Of a stretch of DNA of 64,000 bases, positions 1 to 11,995 are shown piece after piece. The DNA lies in NCBI RefSeq assembly GCF_009834535.1, contig NC_045696.1, positions 98,768,001 through 98,832,000 on the forward strand, given 5' to 3'. The translations under genes and the position numbers were made by a program. The DNA comes from Camelus ferus. Lineage: Eukaryota. How positions within the stretch are numbered: the first letter of the stretch is position 1; each line of letters begins with the position of its first letter. Below the pieces are notes generated by a model, which did no database searches, was not told the DNA's origin, and saw only the letters and a program-made list of their open reading frames with translations.

Positions 1-356
1 TTATCATGTGGCACATTATATCCCTAGTGTTTATTTATCTTATAACTGGAAGTTTGTACCTTTTGACCACCTTCAGCCAATTACCCTTCCTTCTACCCCC
101 TCACCACTGGTAGCCACAAATCTGATCTCTTTTTCTATGTTTGTTTGTTTTTGAAGTTTAACTGACCTATAACACTATGCTATTTCCTGTTACACAACAT
201 AGTGATTTGACATTTCTATACATTTCAAAATGATCATAAACTTCCAGTTGCAAAATAAATGAGTCACAGGTGTGAAATGTACTGTGTGGGGACTATAGTC
301 AATAATTACGTAGTGTCTTTGTACCAGGATAGATCATAACTGCACTTACAGTGATC
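1..356 (-). mobile_element. L1 3'UTR fragment (L1MA9-like) with inverted 5' part: 1-236 minus, 237-356 plus; truncated by window start
   Basis: 237-356 resembles the + strand L1 3'UTR at 61676-61800 (aaacttccagtt...cttacagtgat); the reverse complement of 1-236 continues from gatcattttgaaatgtatagaaat. Confidence 0.8.
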
Positions 357-421
357 TTTATCACTACATTATTAACTAGATCAGCTATAAAAACCATGAT
401 AAAATAGAAAATTATATACAT

Positions 422-1067
422 TGTGATAGCCATTTGGGGTATGTTTTCAATATTCCAGTTTTCCTCTTTTTAAGGGCATTGGTAGGACTGCATCTCTCCC
501 CTCTTTTTGAAGTTAGGTACAGTCATGTGACTTTCAAGACAACTGTTACGGGTTAAATTGCATCTCCCCCAAAAGCATATGCCCTAACCCCCAATATGAC
601 TGTCTTTGGAGACAGTGCCTCCAGGAATGTAATTAAAATTAAATGAGGTCTTAAGGGCAGAGCTCTAATCTGATAAAATTGGAGTCCCTATAAGGAGAAC
701 AAGAGAATCAAACCTCTCTTTCTTCCTCCCCAAACTCAACACAAAAGAAAGACCATGCTGTGAGCACAGGGTGAGAAGGTAGTCTACAAGCCCTGAAGTG
801 AGGCCTCACCAGAAACCAGCTCTCCCAATGCCTTGATCTTGGACTTCTCGTTTCCAGACTTATGAGAAAATGAATTTCTGTTGCTTATGCCACCAGACTG
901 TGGGATTTTGTCACAGCAGCCTGAGAAACTTAACACAGTAATTCACACTGGGCTGTACTGCACGAGGGAGAAGAATAAAGCTTTTTGGTTGGTTGGTTGG
1001 TTTTAAGCCCCTGAGGTTTGGGGATTTTTTGTTACACAGTACAATCTAGCCTAGCCTGATTAATACA
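422..1067 (+). mobile_element. Old MaLR LTR (MLT1H/I/J-like) split by a nested MLT1B-like LTR
   Basis: TG start at 422, ggtaggactgca...gaagttagg...catgtgactt motif; 3' end ttttaagcccctgaggtttgggg...cctagcctgattaataca at 1067. Confidence 0.7.
544..937 (+). mobile_element. MaLR solo LTR, MLT1B-like, nested
   Basis: tgttacgggttaaattg...ttaaatgaggtc...ccttgatcttggacttc...aatttctgttg...taacaca; about 390 bp, TG...CA. Confidence 0.85.
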
Positions 1068-3109
1068 TAGCTGCTTTTGCTTATCTATTTTACAGAATAT
1101 TTGCTGTGTAATAAACAAAAATATACTTCCTAACATAAAAACAGAAACAATAATTTCGTTATCTTTAAGGAGTTGTTAGGAAAAAACTAAGTTGTTCCTC
1201 TCATATGGTATAATAAAATAAATAATCTAATTATTAGAAAGCGTTGAGTTAAATTAAACCATACGTTATTTTCTCCTTTGCAGTGCCTTGCTTCTGCTCT
1301 CCCGTGTGTGTGTGTGTGATCAATTCCGTTCTCCTTATAAACTTTTGCTGTGACTACATGTTTCTGCTTCCACTATTACTGATACAATTGACTTAAATGT
1401 TCGCTTCATTAACACTTTGTAAAGACTTGTGAAAGTGAGTCTTCTGATTTCTGTTTTCTTTTTTAATTTGGCAACACTATGCCTCTGGTCTATCGGCTTT
1501 CACTTTGTCATTAATATTTCTTTAATTTGCCATATTTGCCAATAACAAAATGCCACAGTCTGGGTGGCTTAAGCATTTCTTTAATTATCCACCGGGGAAA
1601 GACCATCTTCCCTAAAGAAAGAGAATACAAAGATGGGGAGGGAAGTTAACTCCTCCCCTTTTCATTGAATGATATTTGCCTGATCTTTTCCAGGCACTTT
1701 ATTATTTTTTTTTCTCTTTAGTAACAGCTTAGTGTCATTCCAAAGACCATTTGGAATGACACCAATGTCATTCCAATGCCATTTCGACATTGGCCTCTTC
1801 TGCTTGTTTTAATTGTCAATTGTACGTCTTAATTTTATGGGAGAAAAATGCATAACCTAAGATTTTTGACTTTTTTTTTTTTTGCTCCATTTGTAAGCAA
1901 TGTATCACCATTACCTATGATGGCATGAGATCGTACCTCCCTCCAGTCCTGAGGTGTGGTTTCCTCTAATTTTTATCACGTGTCATTATGGTTCATTTTA
2001 AAAGGAATTATAATGCTGACATCACTGGGTGGTGAAGAGGGTTAAACAGAGCCAAGTCCATAGTGGACTTCAATAAATATTAGTTCTCTTTTGCTTCCAG
2101 AAAATTACTTAGAAAATCATTTTCTGCATTCAGTACAGTTTATCCTCTATTTAAGCCATAATTAAATTGTTTCTTTTATACCACAACTTTCAGATGTCTC
2201 TTGATAGACATATCTTTTATGATTGCTTCTGCCTTTTTACTTCCCTTTATCCTTTTCTTCCTTTTCCTTTCTCTCTCTTTTTTTTTTTTTTTTTCTTTTT
2301 TAAAGCATACTCTGCGATTTTGGAAACCTTGTGTTGTCTAAGGTTTGATTTGGGGTATTCGACAAACCAATAACTTTTCATAAATATTTTGAGTTCCTAT
2401 TTCTGTGTACTGAACTTGTCTTCAGATAAGTCTAAACATAGATACATAGAAGCCTTTAAGATATTCTTATAATGCAAAAAATTGCTATTGGATGAGACTA
2501 GGAATGACCTTTCATCTCTGCTATTATGTGCTGACTGATGCCCCACAGAATGTGGAACTTTGCAGAAGGTTGTATTTGACAAAGTTTATTTCATATTTCT
2601 AGCACCACAGTGCATATATTTGCTTGAATATGTAATCTCATCCATATTCAAATGTAATATTGCAACAGCTAGTAATTCCTGATAGAAATGATACTAAGTA
2701 GTAAAATATGGTCCATTAGCTGTGTTCCAAATATGTAAATATATATGTATATCTATATTAATGTACCCATTTTAATAATAATATAAATTATGCTAAGTAT
2801 GTGTAGCAGCAGAGGCTATGCCCTTCTGAACAGATGAGTTTTCCCCAGAGCACCCTGATTAGCTCATTTTTCCAAATGAAATTTAGGCAGAAGTTACTCC
2901 TTGCTTCCTTCCTTCTCATTTTTCTAGGAGCTGAAGCTGCTGTCTGCTTTTTTTCTGGAAAGACAGAGCAGTCTTAGCTAAATGAAAGAGAAATTCTGAA
3001 CCTTTTCAGCCTGGCTTGAAAGAAAAGTACACGAAAATTTTGTCAATATAGGAAAATGAAGTGATTCTTGAGTAATTATACTGTTATTTTTCCAGAATCA
3101 TCGAGTTTT

Positions 3110-3230
3110 ATGATGGAGAAAGACTTGGAGATCATCTGGACCTTTTTATTTTACACATAATAAAGATGAGACAGACAGTAAGTGTCTAAGATAGTTAAAC
3201 GGAAGAGTTCAGGCCTGACTAGATGATTCA
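3110..3230 (-). mobile_element. MIR/MIR3 SINE fragment
   Basis: gacttggagatcatctgg...attttacacataataaagatgagacag resembles the reverse MIR core. Confidence 0.5.
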
Positions 3231-4644
3231 ATTTTCAGTTGTTTTGTTTATCCTGTTACTATCCACACAGAGGGAGCTGGCCCGACGTGATTTCCCGCCA
3301 CTCGCACAGCTTGGAGAGAAGCACTGTAAGTTGTATATAAATAGTAAGATTCAGAAACCAGCTCAGAGAGCGTGAAGTTGGCGATGTTCGTGAAAACAAG
3401 ATGTTAGCGATTATTCAGAGGTGTTAGCACAGACTAGAAGTCAAGTTGTGTTGGCTTGGCTTCAAGCTAAAGAACTTCTGAGAACCTTAATTAGCAGTAG
3501 CTTCATAGACCTCCGTGAGTCATTCTACAAGTTTTTCTTTTTCTTTAACTCTATTAGTTAAATGGAGTAGCTTTGTTTAAAACCTACAGTGAATTTTTTT
3601 CTCAATTTTTAAAACAAAGTAACTAATGTTTTCCTACCGCTAAAGGCATTTCTCTTTCCTCATAAATTGGAATTTAATCTTTCTAAAACACTACTTCCAT
3701 TATATCACTCTTTTTCTTTTAAAAATCAAAAGCTCCGCATTACACACAATGGAACCAAAATTTCCCCAGGCCACACGAGCCTTCGGAAGCAAATGAGATC
3801 ACATTAACATTAATAGCAGGAGTCCCACTGCCTCCTGCCCTCACATGCCTCACATAGTACCCGAGCCCCTTGCAAGCAAAGCACGGGTCCCACCCAAGTA
3901 TCTCCAGGAGACCCCGAGGGTGTTTCACTCTTACTCAGGACAAGTTCACCCCCGCTGGTTGCTACCCAGCTCGGATTTGTTGTTCTCCCATTTTACAACT
4001 CTTATTCTCCAGGCCTGCGGGCAGGGCACATTCACAGTTCCTTTGGGCACTGCAAGAGGCCAGATGCTGTGACTGTAAACCCAAATTAGCCCTGCTTCAT
4101 CATCTCTGCCTTGTCCCCTTATCTTCCTGCTGGGGGTCCCTGCTACTCTGCAGGTCATGGAAGTCCCCACAGCGCAGGCCAGCACAGCTGATGCTCAGAT
4201 GCCACCGCTGCTTTGCTAGACACTGGCCTTTTCTGGGCACCTCCTCCAGGGTCCTACAGCCGCCAGTCACCCAAGGCCATGCCGGGCTGCAGTGAAGACT
4301 GGCACATTACAGCCCAGGGCGGGTTATCAACAGGATCGCCTCCTCCGTGGTGTACAAGGCTTTCTTTCTTTCTTTTTTATATTTATTTTTATTTTTCAGG
4401 TAAGCAAGGGTGGCAAGAGAGGGAAAAGGTTTGTTTCCCTTTTCAGGGAGTTTGTGAGATGGGCTGCAGGAGTGACATCCCGTGGGGAGTTACCTGTGAC
4501 AGCTGCGGCTCTCCCACCCGTCAGGCTCACAAGACAAGCTGAGTTCTCCGAGAAGCTACTAAGTTGCCAACATCTAAAGCCCGTGTCTGAATCGCTCCTA
4601 GAGTTTTTGTACGGGGTCAAGGCCACACATTTGCCTGGCTTCCA

Positions 4645-4677
4645 CAATTTTGCTCAATTTTGCTCAATTTTGCTCAA
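4645..4677. repeat. 10-bp tandem repeat (caattttgct) x3.3
   Basis: Read directly from sequence. Confidence 0.95.
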
Positions 4678-4959
4678 ACCTGTGCCTCACTAAGTTGTGA
4701 ATAATCCCTTTTGCTTCCCAGATGACCCTAACTCTTGAGGTCATGTTGTGAGTCACCGCCTAGGACTGTCCCTATTTTGGCCTGCATCACACTTGCCAAC
4801 TTAACAACCTTTCTTGGTTGTCTCAAAAATAGGTCTACTCACACCAAGGCCTGTAGACAAGCCTTTTAGGAAATTTCAGACGGTGTAGGCAGAGTCAACT
4901 GCAAAGCAAAGTGCCTCCCCACCTCTCACCTCCAGTTCTCCTCTTTCTCCTCCTCCTCC

Positions 4960-5299
4960 TGTAGTAGAGAATAACTTTTGTTTCGATGGAGGTTTACAGG
5001 GACATCATGACCTGGTCCACGGGGATGGCTACAAGAACAAAGAATGCCTGAATGCCGCAGCAAGAATATTGCAACAATCAACCACACCCCCTCCCTTATT
5101 CCGCACCCCCCCCCCTTATTTTTGGTATAAAAGGAGCCTGTATTCTGACTAGAGCAGGATAGTTCTCCAAGACATCAGTCTGCCATCCTCTCGGTCTGCT
5201 GGCTTTCTGAGTAAAATCGCTATTCCTTGCCCCGACACCTCATCCCCCGATTTATTGGCCTGTCGTGCGGCGAGCAGAACGAGTTTGGACTCGGCAACA
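4960..5299 (+). mobile_element. ERV1-class solo LTR, relatively young (CpGs retained)
   Basis: TG...CA termini, TATAAAAG near 5126, AGTAAA near 5210, ERV1-type U5 end (ttattggcctgtcgtgcggcgagcagaacgagtttggactcggcaaca), near-TSD ctcc/ctct. Confidence 0.85.
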
Positions 5300-5671
5300 C
5301 TCTCTTTGGCCTAAGCCTCCCCGACATCTGTCTGTACATAAAAATTTGTCTTCTGACCTCTCATTCCTTCCTTATACAGAACAATTTACTTCCCTCTCAA
5401 TGTGTACCTTCAGCTGCATTTATCTCCTGCTCGCCATGGGCTCAGCGTGAGCAGACATTAAAATTTACCCTCCTTGGAGGGTGGTGTCTTATCTCACTTT
5501 GCCCTGGGAAAAGTGTTTGCCACTCTCCTGCTCAGCCCTTGGGTAAACGTAGAGACGTGGACTGAAAATTTTTGGAGCACTTGAGCTTCTTAGTCTCTTG
5601 GATCAACCTGCCTCCTTTTCTCCTAATGGGCGCAATCAAATTCTGTCCTCAGGCCCACGTGGGGATCCTGC

Positions 5672-6064
5672 TGTATTCATTTGCGTGGGTTGCCATGACA
5701 GTACAACAGACCTGGCGGCTAAAACAACAGGAATTAATTTTCTCGTAGTCCTGGAGGCCAGAAGTCCCAGATCAGGGTGTCAACAGCATTCGTTTCTTCT
5801 GAGGCCTCCCTCTTGGTTTGTCAATCGACATTTTCTCTGTGTGTTCTCACATGGTCTCCCCTCCCTGTGTGTCTTTGTCTTAATCACCTCTTCTTATAAG
5901 GGCACCGGTCATATTGGATTAGCCACCCCCCCCCCCCATGACCTCAGTTTGACTTAATGACCTCTTTAAAGACTATCTCCAAGCATAGTTACATTGTGAG
6001 GTACTGGGGGTTAGGACTTCAGGATATGAATCTGGGGGAAGGGGACACAATTCAGCCCACAATA
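5672..6064 (-). mobile_element. MaLR solo LTR, MLT1B-like
   Basis: tgtattcattt...ctggaggccagaagtcccagatc...cttcttataagggcacc...gaggtactgggggttaggacttc...acacaattcagcccacaata; near-TSD cctgc/tctgc. Confidence 0.9.
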
Positions 6065-6094
6065 TCTGCTTTCCTCTCTCTTCATTTTCCCAAT

Positions 6095-7545
6095 TATGTT
6101 GTTTAATGCTTAAAAGTTTTTAATTTTTATAAAGTCTACTTTGTCTATTTTTTCTTTTGTTGCTTATACTTTTGGTATTAAATCTAAGGATCTATTGTCA
6201 AATCTGAGATCATGAAGATATACCCCAATGTTTCGTTCTAATTTATAGTTTTAGTTCTTATATTTTGATAATCTATTTTCAGTCAATTTTTATATATGGA
6301 TTGTGAAAGAGGTTCCGTGTCATTCTTTGGCCTGTGGTTAGCCAGGTGTTCTAGCATCATTCTTTGAGGACATTACACTTTCCAAATAGAATGGTCTTGA
6401 CATCTTTGTCAAAATAAATTGGCCATTGACACTGGGTTTATTCCTGGACTCTCAATTCTATTCCATTGATCAGTATGTCTGTTCTTATTCCAGTACCACA
6501 CTGCTTTGACTACTGCAGCTTTGTAGTAAGTTTTGAAATAAAAAACTCTCTTTTTTTTTTTCAATGTTATTCTTAGTAATTTAGAGCCCTTTGAAATTTA
6601 AAATGATTTTGTGGGTAGATTTTTTTTTTTCACTTTTGCAGAAAAGGAAATTGGAATTTTGGTAGGGATTGCATTGAATCAGCACATTACTTTGAGAAGT
6701 ATTGCTATTTTAAGAATTTCAATACATGAACATGTGGTAGCTTTCTATTTAATTAGGTCTTCCTTAATTTCTTTCAGCATTTTTAACAGTATTCAGTGTA
6801 TAAATCTTTCATTTCTTGGTTAAAGATTGAGATGATCATTTGGGGTTTTCATCTTTTGTTCTAAGTGTATAATATAGTACATTAATTTATTTTTTTATAT
6901 TGAATCATTCTTATATTCCTGCAGTAAGTCCGACTTGGTCATGGTGTATAATCCTTTTCGTGTGCTGTTGGATTTGGTTTGCAAGTATTCTGTTAAGAAT
7001 TTTTGCATCAATGTTTATAAGGGATATTCCTCTGTAGCTTCCTTTTCTTGTAGTTTCTTTGTCTTTGGTATCAAGGTAATGCAGACTTCATAGAATGTGT
7101 TAGAAAGTATCCCCTTCTCTTCTTTTTTTGGAAGAGTTTGAAGAGGATTGGTGTTAATTTGTCTTTAAATGTTTGATAAAATTTATCAGTGAAGTCATCT
7201 GGTCTTGAATTTTTTATTGGGAGGTTTTTTGATTACTATATCAATCTCTCTTTTTTTTTTATGACTGTTGAGATTTTCCATTTTATCTTGAGTCAGTTTG
7301 GTAATTTGTGTGTTCTAGAAATTTGTATTTTAACCAGATTTTAAAAACTTGTTGCTGTATAATTGTTCATTATTCTCTTCATACCCTTTTAATTTCTGTG
7401 AGATTGATAATGCAGTCCACATTTGCACTTCCAATTTTGGTTATTTGCATTTTCTCTCTTGTTTTCTTAGTCTAGACAAAGGTTTGCCAATTTTGTCGAT
7501 CTTTTCAAAGAATCAACTTCTGACTTTGTTGATTCTCCAAATTAA
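6095..7545 (-). mobile_element. Old L1 (L1M) ORF2 fragment with internal deletion near 6820
   Basis: Antisense ORF2 motifs (ctattccattgat, gtagggattgcattgaatc, ttttgcatcaatgtttataagggatatt, ttttcaaagaatcaactt); no intact ORF. Confidence 0.85.
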
Positions 7546-8492
7546 TCATCTTTGGAATGCTGATGGTGACATTTATATCTTTTCCCCAGAAAAATAAAGA
7601 GGACTCAGGAGGAGCTCTTGGATAGCTGTTACATAAATTAATTTAACATCTGGAGACTATCAATTATACAGCTATTGAAACTGAGCCAATTACTTCAAGA
7701 ACTGATCTAACACCTATGTTCATTTGTAAGTGGTGACTTTCTTCTCCCATTGAAGCACACATAAGTTTCTCAACAACCATGCCAGTAGGTTAGAAGATAG
7801 GAAAAAAATAAAATGTTAAGTAAGCTGAGATGTTATAATTAAATGTACGTTATTATTAAAGAAAGATCTTACAGTCTGATAGTGTCAAGGAGATACTATA
7901 AAAACTTGACTGCTGGCATTCCTTAGTAAATCAGCCAAAATAACATTGCTCTTCTAGATTCTACTCCTCTATCAGAGGTAGATAAATCTATTCAAAATAA
8001 GTACAAAGCTTATAAAACACAAAAGAAGACAAACACACCCAAATACTTGAAAAAGAACATAAACAAGACACCACGCCAGCTAGTAAAGTAAAATAGACAT
8101 TTTACTGATGCAGAGTCCTGGGTTTCCTCCAACTGTAGCTCTGCTTTAGTTAGTTCTGCCTTAGGTCCGTGGTTGTTGAATGCCCTCCAGCTGTTAATCT
8201 GAGGTGGAGATGGGTAATCTAGTAAACTCACTCCCAGGTCAAAGTGGAATCAAGTATTTTTAGAAATTCAGAGAAAAAGTGAAGAATGATTTTAAAATAA
8301 GTAATTTTTATTTCCATCGAACTTTGTTTTCCAGATTCCCACTGGGGTAAATGTGTTGAAATTCTGAAAGAAAATGTGTATATGACAGATTATACAGAGA
8401 ATCCAGCAAACCAAATGTAACTGTAAGATACCCAGTTGTAAGTGCTCTTAAAAGATTCCCAGCCTCTATCTTTTGGGCAAAATGCAACTGAC

Positions 8493-8700
8493 TTTTATTT
8501 TTTTTTTTGAATATAGTTCCCTATGCTATACAAGAGAAATTTTTTTAAGAAATTTCTATTTTTATAGAAAATAGAACATTTGCATATCTCAAACTCCCAA
8601 ATTTATCCCTTCCCACCCCCTTCCTCCCACTAACTATAGATTGTTTACTATGTCTACTAGTCTGTTTCTGTTTTGTAGATGAGTTCATAGTGTCCTTTTT
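8493..8700 (-). mobile_element. Lineage-recent L1 3'UTR fragment
   Basis: Similar to 41815-41960 (ttgaatatagttccct, tctcaaactcccaaatttatcccttccca); poly-T at left. Confidence 0.85.
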
Positions 8701-8977
8701 GGTTTTAACTACTGCTCATTGTTGTTTACAATTTCACAAAACCTTGGAAGTTAAACATTTCCAAATTAAGTTTACTAAAGCGTAATAAGCATATCTTTTC
8801 AAAAAAAAATTCTGGAACACCAGAGATATCTATATTCTTTTATCCTGTGTGGTTTCTGTGCAGTTTGTTGCTTCCCCTAACCCATTATTATATCCAGTAA
8901 AATGTGATAAAACAAAACAAAAATAAGTAGTGCATCAAAAATATAAAGTTTAAAAAAAAACATTTCAGGAAAGAAGT

Positions 8978-9120
8978 TTTAGAGTTGGAAGGAACCTTAC
9001 TGGCAAGTCAAATTTATTTATTTTACAGATGAAAAAACTGAAATTTCAAAAAGTCAAGAATTAGTCAAGGTCATGTAAGTTGTCCATGGCAGACTCAATG
9101 TAAGATGTGGATTACCAGTC
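8978..9120 (-). mobile_element. MIR SINE
   Basis: agagttggaaggaacctta...attttacagatgaaaaaactga...caaggtcatgtaagtt. Confidence 0.7.
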
Positions 9121-9429
9121 TACAAGATCGGGGAAACTTTTGCTATGCTTAATTGATTATGCATATTTTCATTTCATGCCTTACAGAATTCAGAACATTT
9201 CTAATTAATAGTTTGGTCTACTGTCCTTTCTTTGTCTATAGATTATTTTTAATAATGTAAGTTCCATTAATAAAGCTGATTTCAACATCCAACTAAATTC
9301 ATATAAATAGCAGTGGAATTTAAATCTGTAATTTTAACTTAAAAGTAGTTAAATCCTTTAAAACTTATCTTACTCTTTTCCCTAAAATGCATTTATTTAT
9401 TAAGTTTTAGTATGATTTGAAAAGAATAT

Positions 9430-10420
9430 AATTTATTATCTATCATTTATCTTTGGCCCACTTCCAAAAAGGATAAAAGAAAACTGATGACATTAAAGAA
9501 GATGTAATAGAATGGTAAACCAATAAAGTGTAAGAAAGAATAGAAATGCCGAGTAGTAAAGACAGAATAGAAAAATAATTATACCAAAAAAGCTAATCTA
9601 TTGGAGGCTTTTCCAAAAAAATTTCAACTGGGCTTCCTGAGAACCAAGGGGAAATAAGCAACATCGTGGTTAATAGAGTGCTCATTAGACAAAAAGAGAT
9701 TGTGTTTCCCTTTTTTAAATCAGAACTGAAACTCCTACACCGTTTTAATGATTTTTACTTTTTTCTTTGTTTTCTTAGCACGAGCCTCTTAAGAAGAATT
9801 AATTGTGTAAACATTAAATAAAAAATAATGAATAGCATAGAACGTGGGATTATTTTTTCAGTCATTTTATTGCTTGTCTTTATTTTTATATTTAATGTAG
9901 AGATTTTGTTCATGACTACTTTCTACGTGGATCCTAGATGAATGTAGTGGCATTATCTTAAAATCGAAGTATATAATCCTACAAAGGCAATTTTGTGAGA
10001 AGCCATGATAAGAAGACGTGGTTTTGCAGCTTTCCAATGCCATACAATAATGATTAGAATGTAGATAGCAAAGAATAATTATATTTCATAAAATTGGATA
10101 CAAAAGCATAAGTGTAAAAATACACTTAAAGTTTTCCTATGAACAAAAGACATTTTTCTGTCTAAACATATTGTAAAAACTTTTGTTTGATCTTTAAAAG
10201 TAGGCAGAAAGTTTATCATTAAGAGCTGAATACTTGCAACTTTCTCTGCCTTAATTGTACTTGGCAATTCAGGTCAATTATTATAAAGTAAGGGAAACAA
10301 TTTTCTTACAGTCTTCATACAACAAAAAATATTCACACAGGTTTTTCGAAAGTTTGAAAGCAATAATCATAGTGAATCAAGCAAAGGACTTTAAAGATAT
10401 TGTTTCCAACTATTAAGTCA
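9430..10420 (-). mobile_element. Probable ancient L4 (RTE-X) LINE fragment
   Basis: Motifs cccacttccaaaaaggat and ctgggcttcctgagaaccaaggggaaa...gtgctcatt recall antisense L4_Mam; highly degenerate. Confidence 0.45.
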
Positions 10421-10499
10421 AAGAGAGTTTGTGCTTCCAGGATCTGCATCCTCCATCAGCCACCATGAGGAGAATCAGTCTCTTCCATCCTCCTGAATC

Positions 10500-11130
10500 T
10501 TCGTGTCAGCCCCTCATATGTGCTTTTTGGAATTGGCTCCTTAATGGGGCAAACATTCTCTATTTATTCTCTCTCTTTCCATTTGTTTCCCTGCCCCCAG
10601 AACCCACCCACAACACCATCAGGACTCTGCTCTCTTGCAAAGCCTTCTAACACCAGGCTCTTTTCTGAATCCCAACTCTACGCTTGACTGTGGTGCTCTC
10701 CCGAGCCCCCTGTCAAGTGTCCCTTGCCTTTCTTGGCACTTCAGCTGCCTAGTGCTCCTCTCTATTCATGTTATTCATCCTTTGCACTGCTGCCTTCCTG
10801 TTTCGGAAGCTTACACATTTGTTCTTGATACTTGTAATTTTAGCTTATCAATTTTATTAAATCAGCCACTTTTGAGCTTTCTTTTTTGCTTTTTTCCCCT
10901 GATTACTTCTAAATGTAGAACTCCGTCCATAACCCACTGCCTTTGTCTCTGTGCCTGTTCTCTGTAGCTTACACACGTCCACATAAGGGGTACTCAAATA
11001 CATATATATCCAACGGTGAAATTATCTCCCTCCCTCCATGGCAAACTCTTCCCTCAAATAGATTCATTTCAGTCAGAAGTATTAACATTATCCATCTCTT
11101 AACCTGGAAGGCCCAGATCATGTTGTTGCT
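10500..11130 (+). mobile_element. Degenerate L2 fragments
   Basis: Pyrimidine-rich sequence with L2-like motifs (ttctaaatgtagaactcc, aaattatctccctccc, attatccatc). Confidence 0.45.
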
Positions 11131-11739
11131 TCATACCTTATAGAGAGCTAATTTTAATACGGCCATCTATTCCTTTCAAATCTACCAGAAATAAGAAAAT
11201 CACATAAACTAACTTAAACCAAATCACCACAGTTGAGCACAGAACTTAATTCTCCAAAGTAACAGGTGCTTTTTACTGACTTCCAACTGACCTCCACAGT
11301 TGCTCACTAAGCCTTTTATTTCATTTCATGGCGGACAGTTCCATTAACATTCTCAATAGAAATTATTCAGGACTTCATGCAATCTCATAATCTCCATTCC
11401 ATCCTATTTTTCAGTGGATGATCTCAGATGCAACTATATGGAGAATTGAAACAGGAGACCTTGAAAAAACAATAAGCCTGATTCTCTCAGAAACCCATCA
11501 GGGTTTATTAGTCAAAGATTAGATGTGGAATCAGACCAAGTTATATTCAAATACTGTCAGTTACGGAAGCTTACAACATTTTGTGCCCAAGATGAATGCG
11601 TTTTCAGTGGTTCTTCTCTTAACCTGTCATAGTGTATGCCGTTCCATCTCTGTGAGGCATGTTTGTGCAATTAAGTATTAAATAACTCAACTGTGGCGCC
11701 TGAAACCAACGTGGGCTTGTTTTTGTTACATAACCGGAA

Positions 11740-11995
11740 GCCTCTGATGAGCAGTTACTGGCGCAAGTTGAGCAGCTCCATGAAGTGACCCAGTGGCATC
11801 ACTGGATGTTCTCCTGGCTGCTCCAGTCATCACATTTGCATCCCAAAACGGAGAAGCAAAACAGAAAAGGGGGATGAGGAAAACAACAGGCTTCCCAGGA
11901 ATTGTATGGCTGACTTTTGCCTCAGTGTCATTGTTCAGAACTCTTATGCAACGTTCCTTCAACCTAAAGGTGGCTGGAAAGGGGGACTAGGTTGA
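11740..11995 (-). mobile_element. MLT1J/K-like LTR fragment
   Basis: gctgctccagtcatcacatttgcatcc, gacttttgcctcagtgtcattgttcagaact, aaggtggctggaaa. Confidence 0.55.

Noticed and set aside
3845..4693. Overlapping ORFs of 75-141 aa
   Set aside because: No recognisable homology; several start at non-ATG codons; expected by chance in GC-richer DNA.
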